DNA from: Candidatus Zhuqueibacterota bacterium
GTDB lineage: Bacteria; Zhuqueibacterota; Zhuqueibacteria; Residuimicrobiales; Krinioviventaceae
Direction: 5' to 3'
NCBI GenBank assembly: GCA_034521575.1
Contig: JAXHMJ010000002.1
Coordinates: 815,692-879,691, forward strand
DNA: 64,000 nucleotides
Position 1 is the first letter of the stretch. Each line of letters opens with the position of its first letter. The notes under the pieces are model-generated. The model was not told the origin of the DNA. It worked only from the letters and a program-made list of their open reading frames with translations, and did no database searches. Made by a program: the position numbers and the translations under genes. Below are positions 43,542 through 54,671 of the stretch, in pieces.

Positions 43542-45750
43542 CTATAATAAAGACCAGGCAACAGTGAGGCCGGCCATAACAATCGATACCATTGTCATGA
43601 GCTTGATCAAAATGTTCAAACTCGGCCCGGAGGTATCCTTGAACGGATCACCGACCGTATCACCGATAACAGCAGCTTTATGGGCATCAGAGCCTTTGCC
43701 GCCGTGTGCACCGCCTTCAATATACTTTTTGGCATTGTCCCAGGCGCCGCCTGCATCAGCCATAAAAATAGCCAGAACAAAACCTGAAGACAATGCGCCT
43801 GTCAAAAGTCCCATCACACCGGGAACGCCGAAAAACAAACCAACGACAATCGGTGCGGCTATTGCCAAAAGAGATGGGAACATCATCTCACGCTGAGCGC
43901 CTTTGGTTGAAATGAGTACACACCGCGCATAATCCGGAGTGGCTTCTCCCTCCAGGATTCCCTTAATTTCCTTGAATTGGCGGCGTACTTCATCAACCAT
44001 ACTTCCGGCTACTCGTCCGACAGCGGTCATGGTCAGGCCGCAGAACAAAAATGCCATCATAGCGCCGACAAACATACCGAGCAAGACCTTGGGATTCATC
44101 AGCGTGACATTAAAATAATCCATAAAATCACGCAAATGAGCGTTCGCGGTCTCGACTGATGAGCCTTGAGAAAGTTCCAACGTTGTTTGTCCAAGACGAA
44201 TCATACCGATTTTAATCTCTTCGATATAGGAAGCCAATAAAGCAAGAGCCGTCAATGCAGCCGAACCGATGGCAAAGCCTTTACCAGTCGCAGCAGTTGT
44301 ATTGCCAAGAGAATCCAGTGCATCCGTACGGGTTCTTACTTCTTCACCCAAGCCGGCCATTTCAGCATTACCGCCTGCATTATCAGCAATGGGCCCGTAT
44401 GCATCTGTCGCCAGAGTGATACCCAATGTGGAAAGCATACCAACAGCAGCAATACCGATTCCGTACAAACCAGTTGAAATCACTTCGGGTTTGATCAGTT
44501 CTTTCCCTACAGGCCACCCTGAAGCACAAAGAAAAGCAAGAATAGTTCCAACGACAATCGTAATCACAGGTATAGCTGTGGACAACATACCTGTTCCGAT
44601 TCCACTGATAATCACCGTTGCGGGACCGGTTTCAGCGTTACGGGCGATATTCTGTGTTGGTTTATAAGCAGCCGAGGTAAAGTATTCAGTGGATTTTCCG
44701 ATCATCCAGCCGGTGAATAATCCGATAATAATGGCCGCCCAGATCCCCCACATATTTGGGTAAATCAAGGACTTTGAGAATCAGCCATGAAAAAACGATT
44801 ATCAAAAAGGTACTCAGATTAACACCGCGGCTCAGAGCTTTTAACAGTGTTTTTTGCGTGGCATTTTCTTTGGTGCGCACTGCAAAAATACCGACAATAG
44901 ATAACAGTGTACCTACAGCGGCAATCAGCATCGGAGCGAGAACAGCTTTGAATTGCAATCCCACGGACGAGGTAAAAGCAGCCGCTCCCAAAGCAGCCGT
45001 TGCGAGTATGGACCCTGCATAGGATTCATAAAGGTCGGCGCCCATCCCGGCTACGTCGCCTACATTATCGCCCACATTATCAGCGATAGTAGCGGGATTG
45101 CGAGGATCATCCTCGGGAATTCCGGCTTCGACTTTACCAACAAGGTCAGCGCCGACATCAGCAGCTTTGGTATAGATACCACCGCCAACACGAGCAAACA
45201 AGGCCTGGGTGGAAGCGCCCATACCAAAAGTCAGCATTGTCGTTGTAATTATTGCCATTTTGTGTGCGCCGGTAGCATCCACAAAATGATTCAAAACAAT
45301 GAACCAGGCCGAGATATCCAGCAGCACCAATCCGACGACCACCAACCCCATAACAGCGCCGGAGCGGAAAGCAACTTTTAGACCACCGTCCAGAGAACGG
45401 CGTGCTGCGTTTGCAGTTCGGGCGCCTGCAAAAGTAGCTGTCTTCATGCCGAAAAATCCTGCCAGGCCTGAAAAGAAACCACCGGTCAGAAAAGCAAACC
45501 ATACCCAGCCGTTCTGATAGTTAAAGACTGCCATCACGGCAAAAAGGGCGGTGAGAACAATAAAGACATAAAGCACAACTTTGTATTGCTGTTTGAGATA
45601 AGCCATTGCTCCATCACGGACGTGCTGAGCAATTTCAGCCATGCGTTCAGTTCCCTCGCTCTCTTTCATCATGCTTTTGAAAAACACATAAGCAAAAACA
45701 AGAGCAACTACAGAGGTGAATGGAACCAGCCAAAATAGAGGTTCTAACAT
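43542..45750 (-). CDS. hppA: Membrane-bound proton/sodium-translocating pyrophosphatase. A frameshift in the 44686-44768 overlap joins ORFs 44686..45750 and 43542..44768.
   Basis: N-terminus [17 protein letters not shown] and DNVGDNVGD motifs. C-terminus [23 protein letters not shown]. Confidence 0.9.
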
Positions 45751-45924
45751 TATTTCTCCTTAGTTATTGTTTTATTTTTGATTGATTAATTGTATTTATT
45801 GAAATCAGAAAAAAGATTAATAACTCATAATTTAATCAAAATCTAAAATAATGTCAAGAATATTAAAGCATACTGAAAAATAAAAGTGAATTCAGCCTGT
45901 GTCAATGATATGATTCAGGAAAGG

Positions 45925-46000
45925 ACATAAAAAAAGCGGATGGTCAAGTACCTGCCTAGGGGGGGTCAGCAGGTACCGGAGGGGAGGCAGACCATCCGCC
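45925..46000 (-). terminator. Long nested GC-rich hairpin plus T-run. It serves as the intrinsic terminator for the DegT-family gene.
   Basis: Outer stem GCGGATGGTC/GACCATCCGC and inner stem GTACCTGC/GCAGGTAC with G-rich loops, followed by TTTTTTT on the minus strand. Confidence 0.55.
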
Positions 46001-46191
46001 GTTAAATTCTTAATGAACAGTAAAAATTTACAAAAACTTTATCTTCAAGTCAATGTTTTTGTTCCAGTTTTACAATTGTTCACATTTTGCATGTGCTTTC
46101 ATTTCCAAATCTAATGATCAGAGTCAGAAAAAAGTTCCTGATTTTTTTCAACCGTTTTTTATTTTGCCCTTCTCAGCATACCTGACCCTGT

Positions 46192-47420
46192 TTATTGAAC
46201 AAGATCGTTTGCATTCTCTGATATTTTCTTAACCGCAGCGACAATATCATCCATATCCTTTTCAGCGCCCAACATCACAAATTGCGGGAACCATATTGCC
46301 TCTTCATAACAGGCCCGTTCCGTTATCGGGCATTCAACCGCGCTGTAATCTATCGGCAGATCAACTTTGGAGCCACGCGGGCCGAAAGATTTGTTCAAAA
46401 ATACAGGCTGTTTGTAAAGAGGAAGTGAGTAGCCCGGACTGGTAGGAATACCTTCTTTTCGCATCGCATCTACAAAATCAGTTTTAGGCAGATTTGCAAA
46501 TTTGTCTTGATCATATCGAACAATATACAAATGCACTGAATGCGAAGTCACAGAGTCCGGTATCTCAAGCGGGTGAACCCATCAATTTCCTTCAGATTTG
46601 TATTCAAATAGCGCATATTTTCCTGACGTATATTCATCAGCTCTTCGTAGCGGTCTAGTTGAGCCAGGAGAACTGCGGACTGGAATTCTGTGATTCGGGT
46701 ATTGCCGCCAAAATAAAAATGTTCGTACCATAGACCGTCTTCGCTCCTGCCGCAATTTGAATGAGAGCGGGCAAATTTGGCTACCGTGTCATCATTGGTC
46801 AGAATAATTCCGCCCTCTCCGGCATTGATATTTTTAGAGGACTGAAAACTGAAACAACCGGCATCACCAATAGCTCCCAGCCTGCGTCCTTTCCACTCCG
46901 ACCCCCATGCCTGGGCGGCGTCCTCAACGACTTTGAGATGATGCTGTTTCGCGATATCCATTATAGCGTCCATATCAGCTGAACGACCGGCAAAATGAAC
47001 CGGCATAATGGCTCCGGTTTTTTCAGTAATGGCTTTTTCTATGGCGTTGGGATCGATATTATAGGTCTCCGGATCAATATCTACAAAGACGGGTACAGCT
47101 CCCATTTCGACCACGGCTGTGGCCGTAGCGATAAATGTATAAGCTGGAACAATCACCTCCGAGCCCGGTTGAACATCAGCAGCCATCAAGGCAATCTGGA
47201 GTGCCGTTGTGCCGCTGTTCACTGCAATACCGTATTTCGCTTCCTGAAATTTTGCAAACTTTTGTTCAAATTGTTCGGTAACCTGTCCTTTCAGGCAGCC
47301 CCATTGTCCGTTTTTTACAACCGTAGTCAAATTATCAATTTCTTCATCTCCCCATATTGGCCACTTGGGAAAAGGCTCGGTCCGAACCGGTTCCCCGCCT
47401 CGTACTGCCAACTGACTCAT
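46192..47420 (-). CDS. DegT/DnrJ/EryC1/StrS-family PLP-dependent sugar aminotransferase. A frameshift at ~46550 joins ORFs 46548..47420 and 46192..46551.
   Basis: The N-terminus has a PLP-lysine region (...FSFQSSKNINAGEGG). The C-terminal 119 aa in the other frame complete the fold. Confidence 0.85.
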
Positions 47421-47509
47421 ATCTGATCTCCTTTATTGAATGAAATTTCAGATAATGTAGCTATATCATCTTACAAAATCAAATCTTTTCAATAAAAATG
47501 ATTGCGGGT

Positions 47510-48250
47510 TTAAGAGATCAAAGATTTATGCCAAATGTTCATGCTTTCCAAGCCCCCGGAAATTTGAGTATTATTGACCAGTGTCCCGCCAAAATGATAC
47601 CTCTGTTTTGCAAAGGTAATGTTCATTCCATAGGACAAAGCGCGGGCAATGGTATACACGGTTGAAATTTCAAACCGCGGCATCCGGGCTTCCATCGCCC
47701 GCAGTAAATACAAAGCAAGCCCCTCGCCCCGATACTCCGGATGCGTGGCAAAATCCGTCATCTCCGCATTGGCGTTCTCAATATCCATTTCTGCCGATGA
47801 CGCAGCTACCAGCCTCTCCCCTGCAAAAACCCCGTAATAGCGTACGTGTGTTTGCATAGTGGATTTTATATAGTCCGGATCATAGATGGGAAACGGGTAA
47901 CTCGGAAATACGAATTTGTACAATTCTGTCAAAGCTCCGGTATCCGACGGCAAGAGTTCCCGGATAGAAAACAGATCCGGCAACTGGGCCCTTTCATCGG
48001 ACATTGTTTTTTCAATGGCGGTCCGGCGTACCTGGTTAATACGGATGCTGGTTTCCTGTTCAAGCCTCTTACGATCAGTTGTATAGAAACGGCTCATAAA
48101 CCATGCATCCATTTTCTGTTTGTAAAAACCGGGGATTTCTGCTTCTTTTTCGTATCCGGCCTGTAAAAAGGCCTCGGACGCAGAAAAAGGTATCTTTGCA
48201 AATATTTTAGAGTACTGTTGTTCAACAGCAAGGTTATCTATATGTTGCAA
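47510..48250 (-). CDS. ablB: GNAT acetyltransferase, a candidate beta-lysine N6-acetyltransferase
   Basis: 246 aa with a C-terminal GNAT fold (HPEYRGEGLALYLL). Located next to ablA with an intervening symporter. Confidence 0.55.
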   Translation of the reverse strand: MQHIDNLAVEQQYSKIFAKIPFSASEAFLQAGYEKEAEIPGFYKQKMDAWFMSRFYTTDRKRLEQETSIRINQVRRTAIEKTMSDERAQLPDLFSIRELLPSDTGALTELYKFVFPSYPFPIYDPDYIKSTMQTHVRYYGVFAGERLVAASSAEMDIENANAEMTDFATHPEYRGEGLALYLLRAMEARMPRFEISTVYTIARALSYGMNITFAKQRYHFGGTLVNNTQISGGLESMNIWHKSLIS

Positions 48251-48366
48251 TATTTGCTTTGTGTTCTCGGGATCAGAGCTTCATCAGGTTACACCCGATC
48301 GTTGGAAACTCCGTGTTGAATCACAGAATTCCCGATTCTATCGATTGTATCAAATTTCATAATAAT

Positions 48367-49779
48367 TCACGAATTCCTGAGTTCTATAAACATAACAATG
48401 GCGTACAGAAAAGCGGACAACAACAACCCCCACACACTCGCATCGAGATTCCAGGGCATTCCAAAGGATGTAAAAATAAGAATCAGTGTAAACCCGCCGC
48501 CTCCGAACATACTGACCAATGCGGCGCGGGAACTTTTATATTTGCTGAAATAAGCCATTACAGTCGGAATAAACAAACCGGCCACCATAAATGAATAAGC
48601 ATGCAAAATGATGCTCAACACAGTGGTATAAGAATTGGCAATGATAAACGTAATAACTCCGATCACCAGAGTCACCGCCTGACTGAGCCGCATCATGGAC
48701 TTGTGTGAAAGACGCCGATTTAAAAAGGCCTCAATAACATCATTAACAAAGTTCCCGGAAGAAGCAATCAGACAGCTGTCAGCTGTGGACATGATAGCAG
48801 AAAAATAAGCGGCAATCACGATCCCTTTGATACCGATTGGTAATATTTCTCTCAATAACATGGGCATCGCAATTTCGGAATCGACATCCGGGAAATAGAT
48901 GCGGGCGATCATACCTAAAATAACCCCTGCGAATGCCATCAAAGGATATTCCAGTATTCCCGCCAGAAAAAAGGCTTTTTGGGCTTCTTTAACATTACGA
49001 CACGCGTAAATACGCTGATACAGAGTCATCGCAATAAACCAAATCGGTACAATGGTAAATAGCCAGTTGATAAATTGAGAAACATGCAGATTTGTCAGTG
49101 AGAAAAATTCCGCCGGCAGTGCACTCCGCAGCATTGCATAGCCGCCGACTTTTATATACGCGAACGGAATCCCGAAAAGAATCAGTCCGGATAACAAAAT
49201 CATCCATTGGAATGTATCTGTGTAAATCACCGCTTTGAGTCCGCCCATTACAGTATAAACGATAATGATCGCCGTCATAATATAGAGTGACAAATCCAGT
49301 GGATTTATTGTATTCACTCCCGCAAAGACGGTTCCTGCAGCCAGTTTGGCCCCGGCAAGAATCTGTGCCGAGGTGAACCCCAGATATCCGATTCCGGAAA
49401 TCAGTGCAGCAGCCAATACCACTTTATTGTTATAGTGCAGTTTGAGAAAATCCGGAAAGGTTAATAAATTTTCCTGTTTATCAATGCTTTTAATTTTAGG
49501 GATCACCAGTACAGCGGCAAGCCAGGCGCCCAACAATCCGGTGAACAAGAGCCAGCTTCCGGACAATCCCATGAGGAACCCGAGGCCGCCCAGACCAATC
49601 GAAAACCCGCCTCCCACATCAGTGGCCACAATGGAGAATCCAATATGTGAAGCGGATATCGAGCGGTCTCCGACATAATACTCACTGCGGGTTTTGTTTT
49701 TTCTGAAAAAATAGACACCAATGCCCAGAACCACGATAAAATAAATTGCAAAGATAACAAAATCAATAAAATGCATCAA
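48367..49779 (-). CDS. Sodium:solute symporter (SSS family)
   Basis: 470 aa with about 13 transmembrane segments and an SSS-type N-terminus (YYVGDRSI...[12 protein letters not shown]). Confidence 0.8.
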   Translation of the reverse strand: MMHFIDFVIFAIYFIVVLGIGVYFFRKNKTRSEYYVGDRSISASHIGFSIVATDVGGGFSIGLGGLGFLMGLSGSWLLFTGLLGAWLAAVLVIPKIKSIDKQENLLTFPDFLKLHYNNKVVLAAALISGIGYLGFTSAQILAGAKLAAGTVFAGVNTINPLDLSLYIMTAIIIVYTVMGGLKAVIYTDTFQWMILLSGLILFGIPFAYIKVGGYAMLRSALPAEFFSLTNLHVSQFINWLFTIVPIWFIAMTLYQRIYACRNVKEAQKAFFLAGILEYPLMAFAGVILGMIARIYFPDVDSEIAMPMLLREILPIGIKGIVIAAYFSAIMSTADSCLIASSGNFVNDVIEAFLNRRLSHKSMMRLSQAVTLVIGVITFIIANSYTTVLSIILHAYSFMVAGLFIPTVMAYFSKYKSSRAALVSMFGGGGFTLILIFTSFGMPWNLDASVWGLLLSAFLYAIVMFIELRNS

Positions 49780-51110
49780 TCAACTTCCTCAACCCGACGA
49801 TCAAACCGTTCATTGCTCTGAGGAACAAGAGAATAATCTCCATCATAATCAGCAAGCAGTTTTGCGATGCCGACTGACTGGTACTCATCTGCACTGTCCA
49901 GATTGAGCTGAAGTTCACATTTTTCACAGTTCCGATCACAAAACAACGGTTCATAAGAGTCGGGTTCTTTATAGGTGGTAATGACACCTTCATAATTCCG
50001 CAAAACGACTTTGTTGGTAGACCAGGATATCAAATAATTCGGCATCACCGGAATCTTTCCGCCGCCGCCGGGTGCATCGATAACATAACGGGGCACGGCA
50101 AATCCACTGGTGTGGCCAATGAGGCTTTCAATAATCTCAATTCCTTTACCCACAGGTGTACGCAAATGCGCCAATCCTTCCGAAAGATCACATTGATACA
50201 GATAATAGGGCCGTACCCGGTTCTGCACCAGTTTATGCACCAACGTCTTCATAATACGCGGACAGTCATTCACTCCAGCCAGCAGCACGGACTGATTTCC
50301 CAACGGGAATCCTGCATCGGCCAGTTTTTTCAACGCCTCGCGTGAAGATGTGGTTAATTCACGCGGATGATTGAAATGTGTATTGATCCAGATCGGTTGA
50401 TATTTCTGCAGCACGTTGACCAGATTATCAGTAATACGATACGGAAGCACTACCGGTGTCCGGGTTCCAATGCGCACAATCTCTACATGTTCAATTGATG
50501 TCAGTTCGGATAAGAGCCAATCGAGATAATTATCACCCAATAAGAAAGGATCGCCGCCGGAAAGCAAGACGTCGCGAACATTGGGAGTATTTCTGATATA
50601 TTCAATCCCTTCTCTCAGAATTTCCTTATTTGGAATAAAGTCCACATCTCCTACCTTGCGCTTGCGCGTACAATGGCGGCAATACATAGAGCAGACATTG
50701 CTCACATGAAATAAAACACGGTCCGGATATCGATGCGTAATATTGGCGGCGGGACTGTCTTTATCCTCAGCCAGTGGATCCGCCATCTCGCAATCATTAA
50801 TCATCAGTTCAGAAGGTGATGGAAAAGATTGTATATAGATGGGATCAGTTTTATAGTCTTTTGGATCAATCAGGGACAAATAGTAAGGTGTAATCGAAAG
50901 TGGAAATTTATCAAGAGTTTGCTCAAGTTTTCCACGTTCATCTGCAGGGAATTGTATACCGGTCAGCAATTCAAAATCATCTATTGTGGTGATGACGTGC
51001 TTGCGCTGCCAGCGCCAGTCTTTCCATTTATCCAGAACGACTTTAGAGTCGATCTTTTTGGCCAGAGTTTTTTGTTTCTTATTATAGATAGACATATATA
51101 TATACCTCAT
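49776..51110 (-). CDS. ablA: Lysine 2,3-aminomutase (radical SAM, KamA/AblA)
   Basis: [11 protein letters not shown] radical-SAM cluster motif and KamA-specific PLP region. 444 aa. Confidence 0.85.
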   Translation of the reverse strand: MRYIYMSIYNKKQKTLAKKIDSKVVLDKWKDWRWQRKHVITTIDDFELLTGIQFPADERGKLEQTLDKFPLSITPYYLSLIDPKDYKTDPIYIQSFPSPSELMINDCEMADPLAEDKDSPAANITHRYPDRVLFHVSNVCSMYCRHCTRKRKVGDVDFIPNKEILREGIEYIRNTPNVRDVLLSGGDPFLLGDNYLDWLLSELTSIEHVEIVRIGTRTPVVLPYRITDNLVNVLQKYQPIWINTHFNHPRELTTSSREALKKLADAGFPLGNQSVLLAGVNDCPRIMKTLVHKLVQNRVRPYYLYQCDLSEGLAHLRTPVGKGIEIIESLIGHTSGFAVPRYVIDAPGGGGKIPVMPNYLISWSTNKVVLRNYEGVITTYKEPDSYEPLFCDRNCEKCELQLNLDSADEYQSVGIAKLLADYDGDYSLVPQSNERFDRRVEEVD

Positions 51111-51475
51111 CAGTTAATGAACAGATATTCACAATATGTGACAGCCACAGCTTTCTTTGCAGTCGTGAAATATAAAGTTTTAATAGAAGGCTAGAATTCG
51201 CTCACAGCAAATGTGTGAAACATTTGGAAGATAATAGAAATTATTATTTAACTATTTGTTTATATATAATATACAATATTTTTCATAAAAGTCAAGTAAT
51301 TATCGGCCACTATACGGCATTGACTTTTGCATGTCAGAGTTTATCGGAACACTATGCAGAATATTGGCAAAAGCGACTCCCCGGAGCACAGATGGAATCA
51401 AACTTATCTTAAACACGGACCCAAACACCACTCCGACAAAGTAGAATGGAACAACAATTTTTCTTCACCAAGGAA

Positions 51476-51510
51476 ATAAAAAAGGCGGTATTTCAAAAAT
51501 ACCGCCTTTC
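51476..51510 (-). terminator. Intrinsic terminator after the peroxiredoxin gene
   Basis: GGCGGTATTT-caaa-AATACCGCC followed by a T-run on the minus strand. Confidence 0.65.
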
Positions 51511-51517
51511 AGAATAC

Positions 51518-52165
51518 TTATTTTCTTGGTTTGTGGCAGAACCACCAGTCATATCCTTCATATTGCTTCAACCGCTCCGAAGCATCTTTGATGTTTTTGG
51601 GCGGCGGTACAATAACATGATCTTTGATTAACTCATTATCCGGCCAGTTGGCGGGTACTGCGACTTTTTCGTCATCAGAGAGCTGCAGAGCCCGGACGGC
51701 ACGAACAACCTCATCCATATTACGTCCGATTTCCTGCGGATAATAAAGAACCAGCCGCACTTTTCCCTGCGGATCCCCCACAAATACCGCTCGTACCGTA
51801 TTTGTTCCTTTTCCGGGATGCAGCATGCCCAGTTTTAAAGCCACTTGATCATTGGCGGCAATAATTGGAAACTCGATTTGTACATCCAGTTTTTCCTTGA
51901 TCCATTCCACCCATTTAATATGGGAGAACACCTGATCAATTGACATGCCAATCAATTTGCAGTCCATTTTTTTAAATTCTTCATACCGTTTTTGAAATCC
52001 GACAAATTCAGTTGTACAAACGGGTGTAAAATCAGCAGGATGGCTGAACAATACAAACCAGGACCCTTTTAAATCCCCGGGTATATTCATCGGTCCGTGT
52101 GTTGTATCAACCTGAATTTCCGGAAAATCGTCGCCGAGCAGTGGCATATTCATTTTTTCTTCCAT
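51518..52165 (-). CDS. Peroxiredoxin (Prx6/1-Cys-like)
   Basis: [17 protein letters not shown] peroxidatic cysteine motif. 215 aa. Confidence 0.9.
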   Translation of the reverse strand: MEEKMNMPLLGDDFPEIQVDTTHGPMNIPGDLKGSWFVLFSHPADFTPVCTTEFVGFQKRYEEFKKMDCKLIGMSIDQVFSHIKWVEWIKEKLDVQIEFPIIAANDQVALKLGMLHPGKGTNTVRAVFVGDPQGKVRLVLYYPQEIGRNMDEVVRAVRALQLSDDEKVAVPANWPDNELIKDHVIVPPPKNIKDASERLKQYEGYDWWFCHKPRK

Positions 52166-52230
52166 GTTTTAGTCTCCTGTTTTATTTTTTATTCATTTAT
52201 TGATTTTTTTTACCTTTTATTGTACCTGTT

Positions 52231-53526
52231 TTACGCAGGCGTACCGGTCTCGACCGGGTTTTCCTTTTCAGAACTCCACTCTGACCAGCCGCCGTCATAT
52301 ATCGAAACATGTTTGTACCCCATCAGCCATGCATAATAAAATGCTTCGCTGGCCCGCCATCCTGTTCCACAGTAAAACGCGATCTTTTTATCGGGGGTCA
52401 CTCCCATTTTACTCCACATTGCTTCTATTTCATCATAGCTCCGCATCGTATCATCGTGATTACGGTAATTTTCCATGTGATAGGCATCAGAACCGTTATT
52501 ACCCCATAATGCTCCGGATATTCTTCCAGCTTGTTTAACATAGTGATAACCACTGACCTCTCCAATATATTCCGGCCAACTGCGCATACTGACCAGTTCA
52601 GCCCGGGAATCGTCAATCATTTCTCTGGCTTTGGGCATATCGACAATATATTCGGGATGTTCTGGAATATTCAGACCGGTTTCTTTGACAGGGTTGGGAG
52701 AGAATTCTTTTCGGGTCACAGCTCCGCCAATACGCAGCCAGGCGTCCAGACCACCATCCAATACGCGCACATCCTGAACACCGGCATACATCAGTATCAA
52801 CGCAGCCCGCATAGCGCCCAGATGTCCCGCCTGCTTTCCGGGATGCTCCTGAGACATGTTCGGATTCGACGTGCGACCATACAAAATGACAGTGGTATCT
52901 TTGGTGATACCATGATTACAAAGTTCTTTTTCCAGTTCCTGGGGGCTGCGGCGATTCCAGTCCTCTTCCGATTCGAGGTCCAGAGTATCAAGCCAAATCG
53001 CTCCCGGAATATGCCCCTTGTCATAATCTCCCCAGTTATCGAAATTTACATGAGCGAGCACGTAATAATCTATTTGTTCTTCCTGGATCCGGTTTTTGAG
53101 TAAAAGATCAAGCCATACAGCCGGAACCAATTTGCGGTAGCCGGGCAGATGATCCAGTGGTAAACCGGGTTCAAGTGAATACTCTTTCATACCCGGATTA
53201 TGCAGGGTTACATTATCGAAACCGAGTTTAGTCAGCAGTTGCCCGGCTTTTTCCGCATCTTTTCCTGAAAAACCGGTTATGATAACATGAGAGCGGCCGG
53301 AAATCTTGGCGTCCAGTTTTTCCTCCAGTTCTTCAATCTGTAGTTCTTCGAACCATTCAAGCGGGAATGACACAGCGCCCGGAATATGTCCCCCCCGGTT
53401 CATATCTTTCAACGTCCATCCGTTAAAAGTCGCAGAGGGCCGCACATCCAATACCATCGTATCTTCTTTTTCAATATCCTGGAGCAACTGATAAGACGTG
53501 ACAGAGTTAAACATAAAATTCTCCAT
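52231..53526 (-). CDS. eanB: Multi-rhodanese-domain sulfurtransferase, a candidate ergothioneine synthase EanB
   Basis: 431 aa. C-terminal catalytic rhodanese loop FYCGTGWRASE. Immediately downstream of the egtD-like gene. Confidence 0.65.
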   Translation of the reverse strand: MENFMFNSVTSYQLLQDIEKEDTMVLDVRPSATFNGWTLKDMNRGGHIPGAVSFPLEWFEELQIEELEEKLDAKISGRSHVIITGFSGKDAEKAGQLLTKLGFDNVTLHNPGMKEYSLEPGLPLDHLPGYRKLVPAVWLDLLLKNRIQEEQIDYYVLAHVNFDNWGDYDKGHIPGAIWLDTLDLESEEDWNRRSPQELEKELCNHGITKDTTVILYGRTSNPNMSQEHPGKQAGHLGAMRAALILMYAGVQDVRVLDGGLDAWLRIGGAVTRKEFSPNPVKETGLNIPEHPEYIVDMPKAREMIDDSRAELVSMRSWPEYIGEVSGYHYVKQAGRISGALWGNNGSDAYHMENYRNHDDTMRSYDEIEAMWSKMGVTPDKKIAFYCGTGWRASEAFYYAWLMGYKHVSIYDGGWSEWSSEKENPVETGTPA

Positions 53527-53594
53527 ATTTTATTTGATACAGACCTTGGGAAAACCGTCAAAAACCCTGAACCGACATGGCTGTGTTTGACTTT

Positions 53595-54596
53595 TCACTG
53601 CACAGGCTGCCAAAGTGAATTGATAAAGTATTGCCGGCTGTCGCTAAAGTTTTCAATAATTCTGAATCCGTTTTGTGCAGCCATTTCCTTGATCATCGGA
53701 ACATCATATTTTTGGGAAATCTCGACCAAAATGGGTTCCCAATGTGCAAAATTGATCGTACGATCAAGCTTTTTCAAAGTAACTTTTTGCTCCAGAGCGC
53801 TGATCAAATAACTTTTCGCCAAACCGCTCTGAGGATCATAGCTTTCATAATGCTGAAAAGCACTAATATCAAAATCAGCGTCCATCACCCGATTAATGTG
53901 GTTTAATAAATTCAAGTTGAATCTTTTGGTATGCCCATGCGGATCATTATATGCATTGAAAATAGCAAAAGGGTCTTTTTTCAAATCAAATCCGATAAAC
54001 AAACGATCTTGCGGTCCCATCACACTTGCGAGTTGTTCAAAAAAGTGCTGGACCTGCCGCGGTTCATAGTTCCCAATATTGGACCCCAGGAACAAAAGCA
54101 CTTTGGGATGATGATCATATTTATTTAATTTATGTATTTCCTCGAAATAATCTCCAATCTTTCCATCCACGACAAGACTTTCAAAGTCATGATTCAATTG
54201 TTCCACCAGTTCAAGCACTGCGTTTTTACTGATATCAACGGGTATATATTTGAACTGTTTATTTTTAGAAAGAAAATATTCTAATAATATCCGGGTTTTG
54301 GCTCCATCACCTGCACCCAGCTCAATCAAATCAATCTCGTTCCCATTTTCAAAAAACAATGATTCAATCCGCTTTTTATGAGCAACCAGTATTTCAAACT
54401 CACAGTCCGTAAGGTAATACTCGGGCATTGACATAATATCCTGGAAAATACGGCTTCCGGCCGTATCATAAAGATATTTTGAGAACAAGTATTTGGGAGA
54501 GGAAGATAAACCTGCAAGTATATCCCGCTCAAATATATTTTGTGAATTAATATCAGTAGATTTTTTTTGCAACACATTCATCGAGTTGATGGACAT
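53595..54596 (-). CDS. egtD: L-histidine N-alpha-methyltransferase (EgtD/EanA; hercynine synthase)
   Basis: Motifs YLYDTAGSRIFQDIMSMPEYYLTDCEFEIL, ELGAGDGAKT and YIPVDIS, characteristic of EgtD (Methyltransf_33). Confidence 0.8.
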   Translation of the reverse strand: MSINSMNVLQKKSTDINSQNIFERDILAGLSSSPKYLFSKYLYDTAGSRIFQDIMSMPEYYLTDCEFEILVAHKKRIESLFFENGNEIDLIELGAGDGAKTRILLEYFLSKNKQFKYIPVDISKNAVLELVEQLNHDFESLVVDGKIGDYFEEIHKLNKYDHHPKVLLFLGSNIGNYEPRQVQHFFEQLASVMGPQDRLFIGFDLKKDPFAIFNAYNDPHGHTKRFNLNLLNHINRVMDADFDISAFQHYESYDPQSGLAKSYLISALEQKVTLKKLDRTINFAHWEPILVEISQKYDVPMIKEMAAQNGFRIIENFSDSRQYFINSLWQPVQ

Positions 54597-54671
54597 ACTA
54601 ATCCTTTATTATAAGACAACTGTTATAGAAACATTTCCCTGCAGTGTAAAATTTCATAGTAAAATATTTTT

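Noticed and set aside
45925-46000. Riboswitch or sRNA interpretation of the G-rich nested hairpin
   Set aside because: On the transcribed (minus) strand it is a C-rich stem followed by a T-run, directly after a stop codon. A terminator is the simplest reading. It is kept only as a low-interest finding.
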